Below, piece by piece: positions 58,733 through 61,840 of a stretch of 61,840 nt of DNA. Below the pieces are notes generated by a model. The model saw only the letters and a program-made list of their open reading frames with translations. It searched no databases and was not told the DNA's origin. The translations under genes were made by a program, and so were the position numbers. How positions within the stretch are numbered: the first letter of the stretch is position 1; the number at the start of each line of letters is the position of its first letter. Source of the DNA: Puniceicoccaceae bacterium (GTDB lineage: Bacteria > Verrucomicrobiota > Verrucomicrobiia > Opitutales > Oceanipulchritudinaceae); the NCBI GenBank assembly GCA_040830765.1, contig JBFOMH010000025.1, forward strand, positions 1-61,840. Direction: 5' to 3'.

Positions 58733-59425
58733 ATGAATAAAATTTATGCCATAATTGCTGTCCTTATCATTCTGGCACTTGCCGGATTCGGACTTTACTT
58801 TGCCAATCAGTCCAAGATGGCTGAACAGGAAGCCGCCATGAATGAGCGCATCAGCCAGCTGGAATCCGAACAGCAACAGCTGAAGGCCAGCGAGGACATC
58901 CTCCGGGCCGAGCAGGCGGAAGCCGAGCGCCTGGCCCGCCAGGCGGAAGAAGCCCGCTTGATGGCGGAGGCCCAGGCGGAAAAAGAACGCCTCGAGCGGG
59001 AGAAACTGGTTGCTGAATTGAATGAGCGCCTCGCTCGTGAAGCTGCGGAACGCAAAGCCGCTGAAGAGGCACAACTGGCATTGGCCGCAAAAATGGCTGA
59101 ACTTGAGGCAGCCCAAGCAGAGGCCCAGGCCTCATTAGCCGCCCTGGAAGCGGAACAGGCTGGCGAGGTGACCGCCGATGCCAGCGCCTTGAAGGAGCAA
59201 CTTGAGGCCCAGGAGGCCGAACTGGTTGCCCTCTCCGCTGAAAACGAAGCCCTCAAGGAGCGGCAGCAGTTACTGGAGCAACGGCAGATTGCCACCGAGG
59301 AGGCCATCGTATCGGCCGGCGGTAAAGTGGAAATTCCGTACCCGGAAATCCGTTCACCGAATGTGCGTCGGCAACAGGCGATTTACTTCAAGCAACGCGT
59401 TCTTGGTCACACGGACGGTGGCTAA
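58733..59425 (+). CDS. Membrane-anchored coiled-coil protein
   Basis: RBS AAGGAG; N-terminal TM helix; about 170 aa of Ala/Glu/Gln-rich heptads. Confidence 0.75.
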   Translation: MNKIYAIIAVLIILALAGFGLYFANQSKMAEQEAAMNERISQLESEQQQLKASEDILRAEQAEAERLARQAEEARLMAEAQAEKERLEREKLVAELNERLAREAAERKAAEEAQLALAAKMAELEAAQAEAQASLAALEAEQAGEVTADASALKEQLEAQEAELVALSAENEALKERQQLLEQRQIATEEAIVSAGGKVEIPYPEIRSPNVRRQQAIYFKQRVLGHTDGG

Positions 59426-59435
59426 GGGCCACCGC

Positions 59436-60188
59436 TCAGGCCGGCTTGCGGGCTACCCAGAAGCGGCATTCGTCGGAAAACTGCTTTGTTTCCGGTGACT
59501 CGCGGGCGATGGAGGAACGCGGACTGTCCCACTCGCACTTCCAGCCAGTGGCTTTCAGATCGTCCCGGATATCCCGTGCTTCGGGAACATGGATGAAGAG
59601 TTTCCCGAGGTTCGTTTCCTCGTAACGGTCGCCATACTCCAGCAGCTCAGACTTTTGCTTTCCCTTGTTCCAGCGGCCTAGTTCTGCCTTCCAGTAATTC
59701 TTGTGACGGGCATTCTGGCGATCATGGGTCGTGAAAACCAGCGCTCCACCGGGGCGTATGACCCGGGATATCTCCCGCAAGGCGGTACGCCTTGATTCAC
59801 GGCCAGGAATCTGCATCAAGCCGTTGAACCCGAAGATGGCTCCATCAAAAAGGGCATCTTCAAAACTAAGCGCGGTCGCATCCCCGACATGGAAAGAGGC
59901 GGAAACTTCCATTACCTTGGCAATCCGCCTCGCTTCCTTGACCATGGGACGCGAAATATCCACCCCGAGCACATGCGGGAATCCAATTTCCGCCAACCCG
60001 ACGGCGATCCGCCCGGTCCCGCACCCCAGTTCAAGGATACGGTCCTCCGGTTTGAAGACCCGGCGGAAGACGATTTCCTCGGACAGCCATAGCCCGATAT
60101 TTGCGGTCGCCCGGCGGTAGTGATCGACCACTCCCGGATCGGCATAAAAGGTCCTCACGGTATCGGTATTGATCTTCTCACTGCCCAT
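59436..60188 (-). CDS. Class I SAM-dependent methyltransferase
   Basis: ILELGCGTGR, GVDIS, GDAT.L.F and RVIRPGG motifs. Confidence 0.88.
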   Translation of the reverse strand: MGSEKINTDTVRTFYADPGVVDHYRRATANIGLWLSEEIVFRRVFKPEDRILELGCGTGRIAVGLAEIGFPHVLGVDISRPMVKEARRIAKVMEVSASFHVGDATALSFEDALFDGAIFGFNGLMQIPGRESRRTALREISRVIRPGGALVFTTHDRQNARHKNYWKAELGRWNKGKQKSELLEYGDRYEETNLGKLFIHVPEARDIRDDLKATGWKCEWDSPRSSIARESPETKQFSDECRFWVARKPA

Positions 60189-60194
60189 TGTCGC

Positions 60195-61628
60195 TCACTG
60201 TTTTGCCATGAGGATATGTTTGTTGGCCATGCTAATTCCACTCAGCATGGCCCCCACGATCCCGAGAAAGCCCTGGTCGGTTCCTGCAAGGTAGAGGTTC
60301 TCCACCTCCGTCCGTCCGCTTTTCGACTTGTTCGGAGCCCCGTAGACGGCGCCCCCAAAGTGGCTCGTGAATTTCTCCACAGTCCGCGGAGTGAACATGT
60401 CCTGGAAGACGGTCCTCCGCTGAATCTCCCCGGCTTCGGCTCCTGGCACAAAGCGGAGGGCACTTTCGACAATCCTCGGGAACCAAGCCGCCTTTTCCGC
60501 CGTGTAGGTCTCCTCGTCAAAGCCGGTCCAGAGGGCGTGGCTGGCAATGCCGGTTATCCGCAGGATTCCCTCCGGAAGGGATTCCCCGTCTGCGTAACAA
60601 TAGTTGTTGGGGATGCAAATAACTCCGCTGCGGAGGTCAAACGGCTCCGTTGCCTGCTCGTAATGAAAGCGCTCACTGTCATTGAAGAAGACAATGGTCT
60701 CATCGAGGCCCAGTTGCCGCGGCTCGGCATCGAGGACACTGATGGTCTCAGCAAAACTGAGGCGACCAATGTTGGCCTTTATTTGGGGATCCGATCGTTC
60801 GCTGCCACAGAGGACTTTTGTCTCCACCCACCCAGCGGTTGAGAGGATATGGGAAGCCTGCAGGACCTCGCCATTCTCCAATTCGACACCTGTAGCCTTG
60901 TCTCCCTCCAAGAGGATTCGCCGGACGCCACATTTCATCCTCCGCAATCCCCCGAGGGAACGGTACTTGTCCAGCAGGGCCCGGATGACAACTCGCACTC
61001 CTTCCAGCGGCCTTGCAAACCCCTCCTCAAAAATGGCCTTCCAGAGAGTGACAAACTGATCGAAGTCCATGTCATGCTCCCGCGCACTGCCATAGTACAT
61101 CAACGGGCAAAAGAGCATGTCGGCCAGGACGGGGTCGCTGATGTGGCTCGAAACGACCTCCCGGGCGGAAAGTGGTTTGGCCTCCAGATTCAGGGCATCA
61201 TGCTCAAGGACCACCTGTCGCAGTTTCCGAAAGGCGTCGATTTCGGCCGGAAAGGCCCGGGCCACTTCGGACTCCAGCAAGCTGAAGTCGTTATTGAACC
61301 GCAGGTCTGCTCCCGGAAAGGCAATCCGGCTCCCCGCCTGCGGGCAGAGCTGGAAGGCGTCCCGTGGCAGGCGCAGCTGCCGGATGAGGGTCCCGAGCGG
61401 TGTTCCCCTGCCCTGCGGCTCGACAAAGTTGGTCACCGCATGGAGGCCAACGTCAAATTTACGCCCGCCGAGGAAGTAAAAGCTGTTCAGGCCACCGGGG
61501 GCATTGTGCTTTTCGAGAATGACCACCCGCTGGCCGTACATGGCGAGTCGGATACCGGCGGCCAATCCCGCCATTCCACAGCCGATGATAATGGAATCGT
61601 AAGAATCGCCACCCTGGGAAGCTTCCAT
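60195..61628 (-). CDS. Phytoene-desaturase-like NAD(P)/FAD-dependent oxidoreductase
   Basis: IIGCGMAGL, LEKH...GG, FDVGLHA, TP.T..., GAVYG and LYLAGTDQGFLGIVGAMLSG motifs. Confidence 0.85.
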   Translation of the reverse strand: MEASQGGDSYDSIIIGCGMAGLAAGIRLAMYGQRVVILEKHNAPGGLNSFYFLGGRKFDVGLHAVTNFVEPQGRGTPLGTLIRQLRLPRDAFQLCPQAGSRIAFPGADLRFNNDFSLLESEVARAFPAEIDAFRKLRQVVLEHDALNLEAKPLSAREVVSSHISDPVLADMLFCPLMYYGSAREHDMDFDQFVTLWKAIFEEGFARPLEGVRVVIRALLDKYRSLGGLRRMKCGVRRILLEGDKATGVELENGEVLQASHILSTAGWVETKVLCGSERSDPQIKANIGRLSFAETISVLDAEPRQLGLDETIVFFNDSERFHYEQATEPFDLRSGVICIPNNYCYADGESLPEGILRITGIASHALWTGFDEETYTAEKAAWFPRIVESALRFVPGAEAGEIQRRTVFQDMFTPRTVEKFTSHFGGAVYGAPNKSKSGRTEVENLYLAGTDQGFLGIVGAMLSGISMANKHILMAKQ

Positions 61629-61661
61629 CGCCTAGGAGCAGTTCCGGGGAAGCGGGTGCGC

Positions 61662-61840
61662 TTAAGCCCGGACCTCTTTGAATTTCGGGGTCAGGTAATC
61701 CGCGCAGCTGTCGAGGCTGGCCAGTTGTTGATAATCTTCCTCGGGTACCTCAATGCCGAACTGCTTGCGCAATTCCATAACGATATCGAGAAAGTCCATG
61801 GAATCCAGATCCAGCTGGTCCCTGAGCCGGACGTCCGGCT
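61662..61840 (-). CDS. Acyl carrier protein, 5'-truncated by the window edge (absent from the ORF track)
   Basis: Manual translation PDVRLRDQLDLDSMDFLDIVMELRKQFGIEVPEEDYQQLASLDSCADYLTPKFKEVRA*, with the DS(M)D phosphopantetheine motif. Confidence 0.88.
   Translation of the reverse strand, partial: PDVRLRDQLDLDSMDFLDIVMELRKQFGIEVPEEDYQQLASLDSCADYLTPKFKEVRA

Noticed and set aside
60195..61628. Carotenoid biosynthesis gene crtI
   Set aside because: No crtB/crtE context and an ACP is adjacent, so the gene symbol was withheld.

Overview
A GC-rich chromosomal segment, by inference from a Verrucomicrobiota (Opitutales/Puniceicoccaceae-like) bacterium. It has about 52 CDSs and one tRNA-Cys. Most of it is core metabolism and housekeeping: parA-rnc-mfd-surA, putA, dapF, menA, rho, hisF, murJ, split pta, cca, yicC-trpB, acnA, murA-ruvB. 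Accessory parts are a uronate-catabolism locus (BNR-4 protein, SSS symporter, kduID, IclR regulator with two candidate operators), a small variable region around tRNA-Cys (secreted pentapeptide-repeat protein, vapBC), two PP2C/STAS partner-switching modules, a large kexin-like S8 protease, and the end of an ACP / CrtI-like oxidoreductase / methyltransferase operon. I saw no CRISPR array, integrase, transposase or phage genes, and no unmistakable new multi-gene system. The best leads are at the protein level: a DapF with both catalytic Cys replaced by Ser; an SSS symporter fused to a CDC48-N-like double-psi barrel; a WecA-type phosphoglycosyl transferase fused to a DegT aminotransferase; a stand-alone RNase E tail-like protein (amphipathic helix plus Arg-rich disordered region); a Rho with a degenerate primary RNA-binding site; two kinds of candidate C-terminal sorting modules; and the ACP-linked CrtI-like lipid cluster. 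All family calls come from motif recognition by eye; no database searches were run.
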